64,000 bases of DNA from Planctomycetota bacterium. GTDB lineage: Bacteria; Planctomycetota; UBA1135; UBA2386. Of the stretch, positions 19,069 to 31,520 are shown piece by piece (within the stretch, counting starts at the first letter, position 1; the number at the start of each line of letters is the position of its first letter). Below the pieces are notes generated by a model that was given only the letters and a program-made list of their open reading frames with translations, was not told the origin of the DNA and made no database searches. The position numbers were made by a program, and so were the translations under genes. The DNA lies in contig OZ245838.1 of assembly GCA_965228735.1 (NCBI GenBank), positions 1,632,001 to 1,696,000 on the forward strand. The letters run 5' to 3'.

Positions 19069-20102
19069 AGCCGCGCGTCGCCGTCATCGTCCTCAACTGG
19101 AACGGTCTCGACGACACGATCGAGGCGATCGATTCGCTGCTCGCGCAGGACTACGGCGACGAGGTCGCGATCCACGTCGTGGACAACGCGTCGGACAACG
19201 GCGAGGCCGCGGCGCTGCTGGCGCGCTTCGGGGACGGGATCACGCTCTACGAGAACGGTGACAACCTCGGCTTCACGGGCGGCAACCACACCGCGATGCG
19301 GCCGCTCGTCGACGGTGGCGAGGTGGACTACGTCGCGCTGCTCAACAACGACGCCGCGGCCGACCCGGCCTGGGTGAGCGCGCTCGTCGAGTGCGCCGAG
19401 ACCGATCCGGCGATCGGCATCGTCGCGAGCACGATGCTCTACTTCGACGATCCGACGGTGATCGAGAACACCGGCGTCGTGCTGCTGCGCAGCGGTGAGG
19501 GCATGCCCCGCGATCGCGGCAAACCGGCAGCCCATGCCGAACGCGCGAACCGCACGCCGATCGGCGCGTGCGGTGGCGCGGTGCTCTACCGCGCCACGAT
19601 GCTGCGCGAGATCGGGCTGTTCGAGGAGGACTTCTTCGCCAACTTCGAGGACGTCGAGCTGTCCTTGCGGGCGCTCGCCCGCGGCTGGGACGTGCGGTTC
19701 GAGCCGCGCGCGAAGGTTCGCCACAAGCTGTCGCGCAGCATCGACAAGGTGCGCGACGAGGCGTTCATGCTGCGCAGCCAGCGCAATCTGCTCTGGGCGA
19801 ACGCCACGCGGCTGCCCTGGCAGGCCCTGTTGCTCAACCTGCCGGCGATCCTCGTGGCCCACATCGCGTTGCTGCTGCTCGCGCCGTTCGTCGGGCAGCG
19901 CCAGATGGCGCGCGTGATCTGGCGTTCCCGCGTCCAGCTGTGGCGGGATCGCGGCGAGGTGCTCGCCGAACGCCGCCGCTTCCGCCCGCTCCGCCGCGCC
20001 CCGTGGCACCGGATCTGGTGGCGCCAGAGCGGCTTCCTGCCGTACTACGTCCGTTCGTTCCTCGACGTGGTCGTGCGCAAGAAGCGCCGATTCTTCGAGT
20101 GA
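19065..20102 (+). CDS. Glycosyltransferase family 2 (rhamnosyltransferase-like)
   Basis: VIVLNWNG, VDNAS, NLGFTGGN, LLNNDA, FEDVELSLR. Confidence 0.93.
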   Translation: MKPRVAVIVLNWNGLDDTIEAIDSLLAQDYGDEVAIHVVDNASDNGEAAALLARFGDGITLYENGDNLGFTGGNHTAMRPLVDGGEVDYVALLNNDAAADPAWVSALVECAETDPAIGIVASTMLYFDDPTVIENTGVVLLRSGEGMPRDRGKPAAHAERANRTPIGACGGAVLYRATMLREIGLFEEDFFANFEDVELSLRALARGWDVRFEPRAKVRHKLSRSIDKVRDEAFMLRSQRNLLWANATRLPWQALLLNLPAILVAHIALLLLAPFVGQRQMARVIWRSRVQLWRDRGEVLAERRRFRPLRRAPWHRIWWRQSGFLPYYVRSFLDVVVRKKRRFFE

Positions 20103-20115
20103 CGCCCCGGCGGGT

Positions 20116-20967
20116 TCACGCCTTGCGCGCCCGGAACACGATCGGCCACATGTGGCCCTCGCGGTACGGGTTGTTGTTGCTCACGATGCCCTGGTTGGGG
20201 TCGTAGAGCAGGCCGATCTCGACCGTGGCGAAGCCGGCTGCGCGGATGTCGTCGAGCAGGGGCCAGCCGTGGTGGTTGAACACGAGGCTGCCCTTCTTCG
20301 ACATCGGGTTGCCGTGGTAGGCCGGCTCGAGGTGGTGCACGAGTTCGCCGTCCAGGACCTCGGCCCGCACGAGGTGCTCTTCGAGGTCGTAGAACGGCGC
20401 GCTCATGATCAGCTGACCGCCCGGCCGCAGCACGCGCGCACACTCGCGCAGCGCCTGCCGGTGATCCGGCACGTGCTCGAGCACGTCACCGTGGAAGACG
20501 ACGTCGAGTTCGGCGTCCTGGAACGACAGCTGCTGCAGGTCCTCGTGCCGCACGTCCTGACCGTGAACGCGCCGCACCTCGCCAGGCCGACAGTCCGGGC
20601 CGAGAAACTCGCTGCCCGTGACGAACGCGAACTCGGCCTGCACGCGCTGGAACAGCGGCGTGATCTGTTCCAACAGCAGCGCTCGCGGTGGCGGCCCGGC
20701 AACGAGCGCACCGAGCGTGGTGCGCAGCAGCCAGAGCATCGTGCGGCCGCGACCGCTGAGACCACACCCGGGGCAGAGGAAAGCCTCGCGCAGATCGATC
20801 CACTCGTTCGACCTCGGCAACGTGAAACCGGTCATCGCGTCACACGCGACGCAGTAGCCCTCTGCCTTGGGGCGTCGCGCGAGCTCGCCCTCCACGCGCA
20901 TGCGCATCGGTGTCAGCTCTGCCGTGGCCGCTTCGAAAGCCGCGCGATTCGAGAACCATCGAAACAT
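20116..20967 (-). CDS. Class I SAM-dependent methyltransferase with N-terminal CxxC pairs
   Basis: HEDLQQLSF, DVLEHVPD, ECARVLRPGG; CVAC and CPGC. Confidence 0.85.
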   Translation of the reverse strand: MFRWFSNRAAFEAATAELTPMRMRVEGELARRPKAEGYCVACDAMTGFTLPRSNEWIDLREAFLCPGCGLSGRGRTMLWLLRTTLGALVAGPPPRALLLEQITPLFQRVQAEFAFVTGSEFLGPDCRPGEVRRVHGQDVRHEDLQQLSFQDAELDVVFHGDVLEHVPDHRQALRECARVLRPGGQLIMSAPFYDLEEHLVRAEVLDGELVHHLEPAYHGNPMSKKGSLVFNHHGWPLLDDIRAAGFATVEIGLLYDPNQGIVSNNNPYREGHMWPIVFRARKA

Positions 20968-20971
20968 CGGA

Positions 20972-21736
20972 TCAGGTCGGACTCGCCGCGGGCTGCGGCG
21001 CGGAGTTGAGGGCCGCGATGTATTGGCTGCAGACGTCCGCCACGGCACCGAACGCGAGCAACCGCCCCTGGTCGATCCAGGCAGCCTTCTTGCAGATGCG
21101 CTGCACCTGATCGATGCCGTGCGAGACGAGCAGGAACGTGCACCCCCGGTCGATGAACCGCCGGATCGCCTTCTCGGACTTCGACGTGAACCCGGCGTCA
21201 CCGACAGCGAACACCTCGTCGATGAGCAGGATCTCGGGGTCGATGTGGGCGATGACCGCGAACCCGAGGCGCGCGTACATGCCCGACGAATAGGTCATCA
21301 GCGGCGCGTGCACGTAGTCCCCGATATCGGCGAACGCGATGATGTCGTCGAGGCGTTCCTCGACCTCCTCGCGCTGCAGACCGAGCAGCGCCGCGTTGAG
21401 GTAGATGTTCTCGATCCCCGTGAGGTCCGGGTGGAACCCGGCGCCGAGCTCGAGCAAGGAACCGACCCGGCCGTCGACCTGCACGGTGCCGCTCGTCGGG
21501 TACATCGTGCCGGCGATGATCGACAGCAGCGTGGTCTTGCCGGACCCGTTGTTGCCGATGATGCCGACGCTGTCGCCGGGCTCGATGTCGAGGTTGATGT
21601 CGCGCAGCGCCCAGTGCTCCTTCACGGTAGGCGCCTTGCTGCGCAACCGGTCGAGCACGAGGCGCGCGAGGAAGCCACTGCCGGACTGGATCCGGAACCG
21701 CTTCTCGACGTTCGTGAGCTTGATCGAACCAGCCAT
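20972..21736 (-). CDS. wzt: Polysaccharide ABC exporter ATPase (Wzt)
   Basis: GNNGSGKTT, LELGAGFHPDLTG.ENI, YSSGM.ARL.F, IDEV; next to wzm. Confidence 0.93.
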   Translation of the reverse strand: MAGSIKLTNVEKRFRIQSGSGFLARLVLDRLRSKAPTVKEHWALRDINLDIEPGDSVGIIGNNGSGKTTLLSIIAGTMYPTSGTVQVDGRVGSLLELGAGFHPDLTGIENIYLNAALLGLQREEVEERLDDIIAFADIGDYVHAPLMTYSSGMYARLGFAVIAHIDPEILLIDEVFAVGDAGFTSKSEKAIRRFIDRGCTFLLVSHGIDQVQRICKKAAWIDQGRLLAFGAVADVCSQYIAALNSAPQPAASPT

Positions 21737-22545
21737 CAGATGAGGTCCGCGAACTCCTTCTCGTGCACCCAGAACGCGCGCACCCCGACGGCGCCGATGA
21801 TCAGCGTGCCGACCAGGGTCATGGCGAGCACCGTCCAGTCGGGTGGACGGCCGTAGAACAGGATGTTGCGATACGAATCGAGCAGGCCGGAGACCGGGTT
21901 GGCGTGGTAGGCCCACCAGACCCACTCGGGGAGTTCGCCAGCCGCGATCTGGTTCCCCAGCTCGAGGGACGCGTCGTAGAGGATCGGACTGGTCCAGAAG
22001 AGCACCACGAGGACCGACTCGACGATGTACTGCATGTCGCGGTACTTCGTCTGCAGCGCCGAGACCAGGAACCCGACCCCGAAGCTCAGCCCGATCTGCA
22101 GCACGAAGATCGGCCCGAGCCAGACCAGGTTGCCCGTGAGCGTCGGGTGGTTCTTCGGGATCACCAGCAGCCCGAGCACGACGAGCGCGAACGGCAGCGG
22201 GAACTGGATGACGTGCGTGAGCACGACCGACACGGGCAGGATCTGCCGCGGGAACGCCACCTTCTTGACGAGGTTGACGTTCTCCCGGATCGCGCCCGTG
22301 CAGCCGGACAGGCAGACCACGAACAGGTTGTACGGCACGAGCGTCACGAGGATGCTCGCCGCGACGCTGAACTCCTGTTTGAAGATCACCACCCACACCG
22401 TCGTCAGCACGGTGACGAGCACGAGCGGATTCACCACCGACCACAGGAACCCCAGCGCCATGTTGCGGTACTGGACCTTGAGGTTCTTGCTCACCAGGTT
22501 CTGGAGGATGAACCGGAAGCGGTAGAGGTCGAGGAGGGTCTGCAT
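21736..22545 (-). CDS. wzm: Polysaccharide ABC exporter permease (Wzm)
   Basis: LKVQY....LGFLW..VNP, LVKKVAFP, YRD, TSPILY, NP, EFADLI. Confidence 0.94.
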   Translation of the reverse strand: MQTLLDLYRFRFILQNLVSKNLKVQYRNMALGFLWSVVNPLVLVTVLTTVWVVIFKQEFSVAASILVTLVPYNLFVVCLSGCTGAIRENVNLVKKVAFPRQILPVSVVLTHVIQFPLPFALVVLGLLVIPKNHPTLTGNLVWLGPIFVLQIGLSFGVGFLVSALQTKYRDMQYIVESVLVVLFWTSPILYDASLELGNQIAAGELPEWVWWAYHANPVSGLLDSYRNILFYGRPPDWTVLAMTLVGTLIIGAVGVRAFWVHEKEFADLI

Positions 22546-22602
22546 CCTGTGGGAAGCGGAAAGACGATAGCCCCGCGATCGCCGGGGTCACGCGTTGATC
22601 GG

Positions 22603-24590
22603 TCAGCCCGGGAGTCGCAGGTTCTGCCACCGACCCCGCGCGCGGTCGAGCACGAGCACGGCGAGCTCGGAGCCGAGCTTCTGCAGGTCGGCGGGCACGT
22701 CGACGCGCATGCCGCAGAACAGCGCCGAACCGTCACCCTCGGCCTGCGCGACGTCGGGCCGTTCGAGCCGTGAGTACGGCTGCAGATGACGCGGCCGGAA
22801 GCGCCCGTCGGTCTGGCGCTCCGCGAGGCACACGACGGCCGGCGGAGTGCCCGTGCTCGCGAGCACGAGCCACCCCGAGACCTGTTCGACGTCGCCGGCC
22901 GGCCCGCGACGGACCTCGTCGACGCCCGCCCGATAGTCCGTCGACTCGGCCTCGATCGCGCCCTCGGGCAGCGCTTCGGCTCGCGCACTGCGGCTCTCGC
23001 TCAGGACCCGCCGGTGCAGCCACGTCACGGTCGCGCCCGTTGTATTCTCGCAGTCCCAACGCAGCCAGCATGCCCCGAGTGCCGGCAGCCCACCGGTGGG
23101 CAACGCGGCCTCCGCGTCGAGCAGGCGGACCCCTGCCGGCAGTGACTCGTCGAGCACCACGGGGCGGCCGTCGAGACGAGCGTAGCGCGGACTCTCGAAC
23201 GCGATCGCCGCCTCGTCCGGCGGACGCCAGGCGAACACGAACCGCGCGCCCGTCGCCTCGAGCTCCGCGATCGCACCGGCGAGGCCGCCCTGCCGTTCGC
23301 CGAGACCGAGGATGTCGCGAGGGTCGAGCACGAGAACGAGCTCGCCCGGCGCACCCGGCCAACGCCGAAGTGCGTCGGCGGGCCGCATGGTCCCGAGGAA
23401 GGCGAGCACCGCGACGTCGCAGCTGCTGTCCTGCTGCGCCGTCGGACCGGCCTCCGCCAGCGCGAGCTCCTGCAACCGAACGTCCCATGGCCCGCCGCAC
23501 CCGACGCGCGGCTCAGGCGCACCGTCGGACCGCAGCCGCAGCAGCACGGTGCGCAGCGCCCGCACACCGACGCTCGCGGGCAGGTACGGACACTCCGACG
23601 GATACCGCACGACGAACGCGCCACCAGCTTCCGGGCCGTAGAAGCCCGAGTACGGCCAGTAGCGCAGGAAGCGGCGGTACCGCCCGAGCAGCACGAGACC
23701 GGGCCGGCCGGTCGCGTTGGCGATATGCGCGACGCTGCTGTCGATGCCAATGAAGAGCGCCGCGTCCTGCACGACCTCGATGAGCTCGAGGATGCCCGTG
23801 CTGCCAGCGACGTCGCGCACGCGCGGATCGTCCGGCAACCAGTCCGCTCGTCGCACGCCGACGTGCACGACGTCGAACTCGCTCTCCGCGAGCAGCGTCG
23901 CGACGAGTTCGCGCCAGCCGTCCGCGTGCCAGTTGCGCGCGGACTCCTCGGACTCGCTGTGGACGACGACGTACGGCCGCTGCGATCTCGCGGGCCCCGG
24001 ACTATCGAGCACTGGTCGATCGAGCACCGGTCTGCCGAGATCCGGTCTCGCGAGCATGGGCGCCGAATCCCCGAACGGCAGCCCACCCGCCAGCGCAAAC
24101 GCCCGAGCGAGCGGCCCGTGATCGTAGTAGTCCTCGGTATCCGGCCCGTCGCCGCCCGCGAGGTTGCGCCACGGTTCGCCGCAGCACGCGCAGGTCTTGC
24201 CGTTGAGGTTGAGATCGAAGACCTGCCAGTCACCGAGTGCCGGCACGGCATCGGCGAGTTCGCCGTAGCACTCGACCGCGACGAAGTCGGCGATGCCCGG
24301 CACGAGCAACGCGAGCTCGCGGTAGCGAGCGCGGCCGAACCAGGCGAACCGCAGATCCGGGTGCTGCGTCCGCAACTCGGCAACGATCGCGCTCGCCGCC
24401 ACCATGTCGCCGAGCCGTTCGAGCAGCAGAACCGCCGCCGGACGAACGCCGTCCCGATCACAGGCCGCCGCGAATGCCGCCGCCGATCGCTCTACGCGAT
24501 GAACGTGGCGTCGCCGCCGCGCCCGCCCCCGATACCGCTGCACGGCCGCGTAGATCGGGTCGAGGAAGCGCCGCCCGATGGAGCGCAGGC

Positions 24591-24594
<4 letters not shown>
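22603..24594 (-). CDS. GT9 (heptosyltransferase-like) glycosyltransferase with C-terminal extension
   Basis: RLGD, RNW, FIGIDSSVAHIANA motifs. Confidence 0.8.
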
Positions 24595-25828
<1,234 letters not shown>

Positions 25829-25832
<4 letters not shown>

Positions 25833-26875
25833 CGTCCCCCTTCCGCATGCCACAGGCCATCCGCCTGCAGCGCCTCCACGATGGCGACCGTCACGGCCCG
25901 CGCCGAGTTCGTCGCGATCATCTGCCGCGCCCCCCGGATCGAGACGGCGCGGTCGCCGTCGCCGTTCACCAGCCGCGCCATCGCCAAGACGAGCGCGTCC
26001 GGGTCCGCGCCGATGCGCTGCAGGTGCGGCGGCTCGTCCTGGCCGAACGGCCGCGGCTCGAGACCACCGAGCACGAGCGCCGGACGCGCCGCGAACAACC
26101 CGGCGGCCGCGCTCCACGGCACGGTCCCCGGCGCGGCGCCAGCAACGATCTCGCAGTCCGCGAGCGCCGCGAAGCCGGCGAACGCCAGCCCCGAGCTCGG
26201 CCGGATCGCGGTCACGAGCGCGTCGCAGCGCAGCTCGTCCGCGAGTTCCCGCCATGGCAGGAGATCGGCGTCGCGAGCCGCGGAGACGAGCACGGTCGCC
26301 TTCGCGAACCGCGTCGCGGATGCCGCGAAGAACTCCCGCACGGCGGTGCGCAGCACGTCGAGTTCGGACGTCTCGACCGCAGTGGTCGGATGCATGCCGA
26401 ACACGAAGTCCTCGTCGCGCACCCGGTAGGCCGCGCGCGCATGGTGGCGGACCCGGCCGAACTGACACGCGATACCGATGCAGTGCGCCACCGCGCCACC
26501 GGCCCGCAGGGCTTGCGCGAATCCCGGCGAGCCCGTCCAGGTACTGCGCGCGCGTCGCGCGACCTCGAGCCAGCACCTCGCGTCTTCGCCGCGAACGATC
26601 GGCACGAGGACCGCCGGTACCTTCACGCGCTCGAGCAAGGCGGGCGCATCCGCGAGCGAGGCGGCAACGACGATGGCGCCGCGACCGTCGAGCTCCGCGC
26701 TCTCCGCCTGTCCGGCTCCGAGCGAACCGTCCTGAACGTCGTAGCCCGCCAGCCGCAGGGCGTGCTCCACGCCGCGGGCGAACGCGTCCTCCGCGCCATC
26801 GAGTCCCGCACCGCGAACGAAACCGAAGTCGAGCACGCTCGCACCGACGCCGTGACCCGGGACCGTAGCCGTCAT
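25829..26875 (-). CDS. Hypothetical protein, divergent GT-B glycosyltransferase-like
   Basis: ATG 26875; 4-bp overlaps with both neighbours in the glycan operon; weak GT4-like pattern. Confidence 0.6.
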
Positions 26876-29800
26876 CCGCGCGTCCTCTCCGCGTCGAGCG
26901 CGTTCTTGGTGGCCTGCAGGAACGCGTGGCCGTAGGTGTCGTCGGGCTCGAGATAGGCCGCCTCGGCCCACTCGTTCCAGGCGTTGACGAACATGATCCG
27001 CTCGTCGCCGACGAGGAAGCGCCGGGTGTCCTCGAGCGCGAACTCGAGCCACGTCTGGTACTCCGCAGGCCCGGAGTTCACGAACGCGTGCGAGTCGTTG
27101 CGCCGCCGCGCGGTGTTGTCCCAGCCGGGCATGACGCAGCGAAAGCGCTTGTAGCTCGGCAGATCGCGCGTGCAGAACGCTTCGACCACGCGGCGGTAGT
27201 CGTGCACGACGCCCTGATACTCGGGGTCGCGCTGACTGCTCGGGAGATCGACCGGCTGCCCGCACTCGTGCGGCGGGAACTCGACGCTCGCATCGAAGCC
27301 GTGTTCGCGCGGGTCCCAGCTGCGCCGCATGAGCTCGTGCGACTCGACCGCGACGACGTAGATCGCACCGATCCCGCGCCGGCGACACTCCTCACGCCAG
27401 AAGTCGATCGTGCGGCGGGAGTCCGGCAGCAGCAGCGGGGAGTAGACGAGCACGATCGGCGCACCGTTCACCCGCGCATAGGCCGGATGCTCGAAGTAAC
27501 GGATGAAGTCGTCGATGACCGCCCGGTCGTTGTCCTGGCTGTAGTCCTGCTCGAGCAGCACGTGCTGCGCCTGCCCGTCCCACTGCCGCGTCCAGTTCTC
27601 GTTCGCCCAGCACACGAGAAACGGCAACGTCCAGTCGCGATCCGCGGCGACCTGCTCGACGGGCATCTCGAGGATGCGCCGCCCGCCGAGCCGGTAGTAG
27701 TAGAACGCGAACCCGCCGATGCCGTAGCGCTCCGCGAGCTGGGCCTGCTGCTGCATGATGCCCGGCGTCCGCAGGTCGTAGTAGCCGAGCCCCCCGGGAC
27801 GCCGCGGCTGCCGGTGACCGCGGAACCGCGGCCGGGCCCGGGCGACGTTGCGCCACTCGGTGAACCCTTCGCCCCACCACCGGTCGTTCTCCGCGACGGG
27901 ATGGAACTGCGGCAGGTAGAACGCGAACAGCCGCACGGCGTCGCGCAGCGCGAGGTCCTCACCCCAACGCTCGACGAGCCGTTGCTGGTGGCGATGCGCG
28001 AGCGCGAGCTTGTTGCGTTGCCCCGTCGATTGCGTCGTCTTGCTCAGGTGATGCACCACGGTCGACAGCGGCTCGTAGAGCACGCGGCGGCCATCGGCCT
28101 GCATCTTGAGACAGAGATCGGCGTCCTCGCAGTAGGCCGGTGCGTAGCGCTCGTCGAACCCACCGAGCCGCGCGAAGTCCGACCGCCGGAACGCCACCGC
28201 GGCCGCCGACGCGTAGTCGACGAAGCGCGCGTAGGAGAACCGTTCGGCCGTCGGGTCCTCGAACAACCCGACCATGTCGCCCGCACCGTCGGAGCGCAGC
28301 CGCCCGCCGGCCTCCTGCAACACACCCTGGGGGAACAGGAGCTTCGGGCCGACGATCCCGATGGTCGGATCGTTGAGCCGTTCGAGCAGCGGCTCGAGCC
28401 AGCCAGCGACCACCTGGGTGTCGCTGTTGAGCAATGCGATCACCGCGGCCCGCGCCTCACCGACGCCGCGGTTGCACGTGCGGCCGAAGCCCTGCTGTTC
28501 GTCCTGGCGCACGTACCGCAGGTTGGTCATGCCGGCGAGACACTCCTGCGTCGCCGCGCTCGACGCGTCGTCGACGATCACCACCTCGTACGGAAGGACG
28601 GTGTGCTGTACGATCGAGCCGAGGCACTCGAGCGTCACGTGCAGTTCGTCATGGACCGGAATGACGATGCTCACGGCCGGCTGCCGCGCGCGCTTCAGCT
28701 GGCCGTCGATCCGGCGCGCGGCCGCCGGCAGGTCATCCGCGTCGACGCGGACGAGCTTGGGCGCCGCGGGCGACCACGCTCGGCGCACGTCCCGCCGGCG
28801 ACCCGCGATGTAGTCGCGGAAGCTCTCGAACTCCGCCCAGTGATCGACCGCGGCGTCGATGCCGGACGCCTCAGGGATCGCTTCGTTCTCGGCGGCCTCG
28901 GCCGCGGCATCGGGCGAATAGCTCCATTCCCCCTCGGCCAACGCCTTGCTGCCGGCCCGCAGGTCGGGATGCGGCGCGCGCCACTCGTCGGCGCCGTGCA
29001 GCACGTAGTGCAGCAAGGGACTCATGTCCGCCGTGCCGACGTCGGGGTACTGGCGCAGGTAGAACTCCGGATCGAACAGCCGACCCGGCCGCCGACCCTC
29101 GCGCCAACCCTGCACGGCGTAGTGTACGGCGCACAGGGTGTCGCTGAATTCCGAGACGTCGTAGTAGGTGCGGCGGTAGAACTGCGGGTCGAACAGCCCG
29201 TTCGTCGCGCGGATCGAGCGCGCGACCTTGGGGCGCAGTCGGTGCGCCCACAGAGCAGCGCGCGATGCGGTGCGACCGAGCGCGGCGACGACCCGCCGTG
29301 GCAGCGGCTGCATCGTGTTGCTCGGCCCGGCAGCGCCCTTGAGCGGGTTGCCCGTGACCCCGAGCGCGCGGGCGAGTCCACGAACCCGCGCTCGCAGCCC
29401 GCTCATCGCCGACCCACCGGTGGACTCCCCGCCCGCCGTCGGCCGCGCCGGCGGCATTGCCGGGATCGTGACCGTCTTCGCGGGCTCGGGACCCGCGCGA
29501 TCGACTCGCTCCCGCAACCGCGCGACCTCGGCCTCGGCCTTGGCAGCGCGCTCGCGCAGCTGCGCGATCATCGTCGACACACCCGGATCGCGGATCTCGT
29601 AGACCGCACTCTCGCCGGTGTAGGCATGCGCCTCGCCACCGAACGTCGTATCGAGCAGAGCGCTGCCCAGCAGCGGCGGCAACGGCGCATCCGACGCGAA
29701 CGCGATCGAGTACATCAGCGCGTCGAGATCGCGCTCGAAGTGGAACGCACCGTCGGCCTCGTGCCGCTCGATGAACGTGACTGCCCCGCCACCGCTCGCA

Positions 29801-30396
29801 CTCAGCAGTGACATGTACAATGCCTGCTGCTGCGCGAGTTCGACGTGCGCGAAGTGCTCCGCGAGCAGCGCCCGGAACTCCTCCTTCTCGAGTTCTTCCT
29901 CGTGGAAGTGGTTGTCGTCGTGATGCGCGTTGTAGGGCGTGCGGTTGGGCGACGAGGCGATCAGCATCCCGCCGGGCGCGAGTACGCGTTTGACCTCGCG
30001 CAGGAACTCCTGCTGCTCGTGGATGTGCTCGATCGTCTCGAAGCTCACGACGCAGTCGACCGAGTCATCGCCGAGCGGCAGGCTGCCGCACGCCGCCGCG
30101 AGGAAGTCGAGGTTGTCACGCCCGCCGTACTTCCGGCTGGCGAGCACGACGGTCTCGCGGTCGATGTCCGCGCCGTAGACGTGCGCGGCCGCCTGCGCGA
30201 GCATGAACGAGCCGTAGCCCTCACCGCACGCGATGTCGAGCACGCGCTTGCCGCGCACGGCTGCCGCCGCCGCGAGGTAGCGGTGGTAGTGCTCCAGACC
30301 CGTCGAGCTTCGCGTGATGCTCGGCAGGAACCGCTCCCCCGTGTTGGTGAGCTCGGTCCGGCGCTCCGGTGGCAGGATGGGCTTCACGACCTGCAC
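26872..30396 (-). CDS. Multidomain methyltransferase, coiled coil, GT2 and WbsX/GH99-like glycan biosynthesis protein
   Basis: TGERF...EHYHRY, VLDIACGEGYG; FDPxFY repeats; VSIVIPV, DDAS, LLNSD; AFYLPQFH...WWGEGFTEW, CWANENW, PGWDNTAR, NAWNEWAE; start could extend to 30471. Confidence 0.92.
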   Translation of the reverse strand: MQVVKPILPPERRTELTNTGERFLPSITRSSTGLEHYHRYLAAAAAVRGKRVLDIACGEGYGSFMLAQAAAHVYGADIDRETVVLASRKYGGRDNLDFLAAACGSLPLGDDSVDCVVSFETIEHIHEQQEFLREVKRVLAPGGMLIASSPNRTPYNAHHDDNHFHEEELEKEEFRALLAEHFAHVELAQQQALYMSLLSASGGGAVTFIERHEADGAFHFERDLDALMYSIAFASDAPLPPLLGSALLDTTFGGEAHAYTGESAVYEIRDPGVSTMIAQLRERAAKAEAEVARLRERVDRAGPEPAKTVTIPAMPPARPTAGGESTGGSAMSGLRARVRGLARALGVTGNPLKGAAGPSNTMQPLPRRVVAALGRTASRAALWAHRLRPKVARSIRATNGLFDPQFYRRTYYDVSEFSDTLCAVHYAVQGWREGRRPGRLFDPEFYLRQYPDVGTADMSPLLHYVLHGADEWRAPHPDLRAGSKALAEGEWSYSPDAAAEAAENEAIPEASGIDAAVDHWAEFESFRDYIAGRRRDVRRAWSPAAPKLVRVDADDLPAAARRIDGQLKRARQPAVSIVIPVHDELHVTLECLGSIVQHTVLPYEVVIVDDASSAATQECLAGMTNLRYVRQDEQQGFGRTCNRGVGEARAAVIALLNSDTQVVAGWLEPLLERLNDPTIGIVGPKLLFPQGVLQEAGGRLRSDGAGDMVGLFEDPTAERFSYARFVDYASAAAVAFRRSDFARLGGFDERYAPAYCEDADLCLKMQADGRRVLYEPLSTVVHHLSKTTQSTGQRNKLALAHRHQQRLVERWGEDLALRDAVRLFAFYLPQFHPVAENDRWWGEGFTEWRNVARARPRFRGHRQPRRPGGLGYYDLRTPGIMQQQAQLAERYGIGGFAFYYYRLGGRRILEMPVEQVAADRDWTLPFLVCWANENWTRQWDGQAQHVLLEQDYSQDNDRAVIDDFIRYFEHPAYARVNGAPIVLVYSPLLLPDSRRTIDFWREECRRRGIGAIYVVAVESHELMRRSWDPREHGFDASVEFPPHECGQPVDLPSSQRDPEYQGVVHDYRRVVEAFCTRDLPSYKRFRCVMPGWDNTARRRNDSHAFVNSGPAEYQTWLEFALEDTRRFLVGDERIMFVNAWNEWAEAAYLEPDDTYGHAFLQATKNALDAERTRG

Positions 30397-30547
30397 CGTA
30401 ACGCCCCCACGCGACCGCCGCGACTGCGCGGGCGCCACGGACCCGGCAAATCTTTCGGCGCCCGCCGGCATTGGCGGTGTGGAGAAAAGCTCCCAGTTCG
30501 CGATTCGGCGCGGCGACGCGCGCCCGCACCCGCACCCGCAGCGCGCG

Positions 30548-31459
30548 TCACATGAACGCCGTGTCGCCGGTCACGCCGACCGTGCGACCGTCGACCTGCT
30601 GGTAGCCGTAGCGCGGCTTCGGCGGCAGCTCGCCGCGGTGCGAGAAGAACGTGTCGTGCTGGTGCACCTGCACCGCCTTGGGCGCGCAGTGGTAGACGAC
30701 GCTCCAGCGCGTCGCCGACGTGTCCTCGGCCGGCAGCCCGCCGTGCGGAGTCTCCGGATGCCAGACCACGACGTCACCCTGCCGGATCTCCGGGACCACC
30801 TGGGTACCCCACTCGGGCGCCTTGCGGATGACCTCGCCGTTGTAGAGCTCGAGCGCATGCATGAGCACGTCGGCATCGCTGGCACCCGGGCACTGCGCCT
30901 TCGCGGTCTCGTGGAACGGCACGGCGTCGAGCTTCTGGCGATGCGCGCCCCGGTAGTAGAACAGCGGCCCCGCCGCCGGACTGACATCGCGCAGCGCGGT
31001 CCAGCAGCCGACGAAGTAACCGTTCGGCCACGTCGCGAAGTGCGGGGTATCGCGATGCACCGGCTGCTGCGTGCCGTACTTGAACGTCAGCGACGAGTAG
31101 ATCCCCGCTTCGCTGCCGAACACGAAGTCCAGCAGCTCCATGATCCGGACGTTGAGCCCGAGCTGCAGCGCGGCGCGCGAGGTGCGGTGGAAGTTCACGA
31201 GGCGCTTCTCACGGCCGAGGTCGTCGAGGTTCTGCGCGACGTAGCGCTGGTTCTTGCGGCAGTAGTCCTCGTAGTCCGCGATCACCTGTTCGCACAGCGC
31301 CGCCGGCTGCATGTCGCGGAGCACGACGAGCCCATCGCGCGAAAGCGACGTCGCCGCCTCCTTCACCCAATCGGGTTGCTTGCTCATCGCGATCCGACGC
31401 TCCGCGTCGGGCGCATCGATCCACAGTGGCGGCAGGAGCGGTTGAGACGGCGTCGCCAT
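30548..31459 (-). CDS. Phytanoyl-CoA dioxygenase family Fe(II)/2OG dioxygenase
   Basis: HRD, WTALRD...GPL.YY.G.H, GDVVVWH...HGG, TRWS. Confidence 0.88.
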   Translation of the reverse strand: MATPSQPLLPPLWIDAPDAERRIAMSKQPDWVKEAATSLSRDGLVVLRDMQPAALCEQVIADYEDYCRKNQRYVAQNLDDLGREKRLVNFHRTSRAALQLGLNVRIMELLDFVFGSEAGIYSSLTFKYGTQQPVHRDTPHFATWPNGYFVGCWTALRDVSPAAGPLFYYRGAHRQKLDAVPFHETAKAQCPGASDADVLMHALELYNGEVIRKAPEWGTQVVPEIRQGDVVVWHPETPHGGLPAEDTSATRWSVVYHCAPKAVQVHQHDTFFSHRGELPPKPRYGYQQVDGRTVGVTGDTAFM

Positions 31460-31520
31460 GACGCGCAAGAAGTAGTCGGGGCCGTCGACACGGTCAAGCG
31501 CGCCGCGCACTGGCGTGCGA

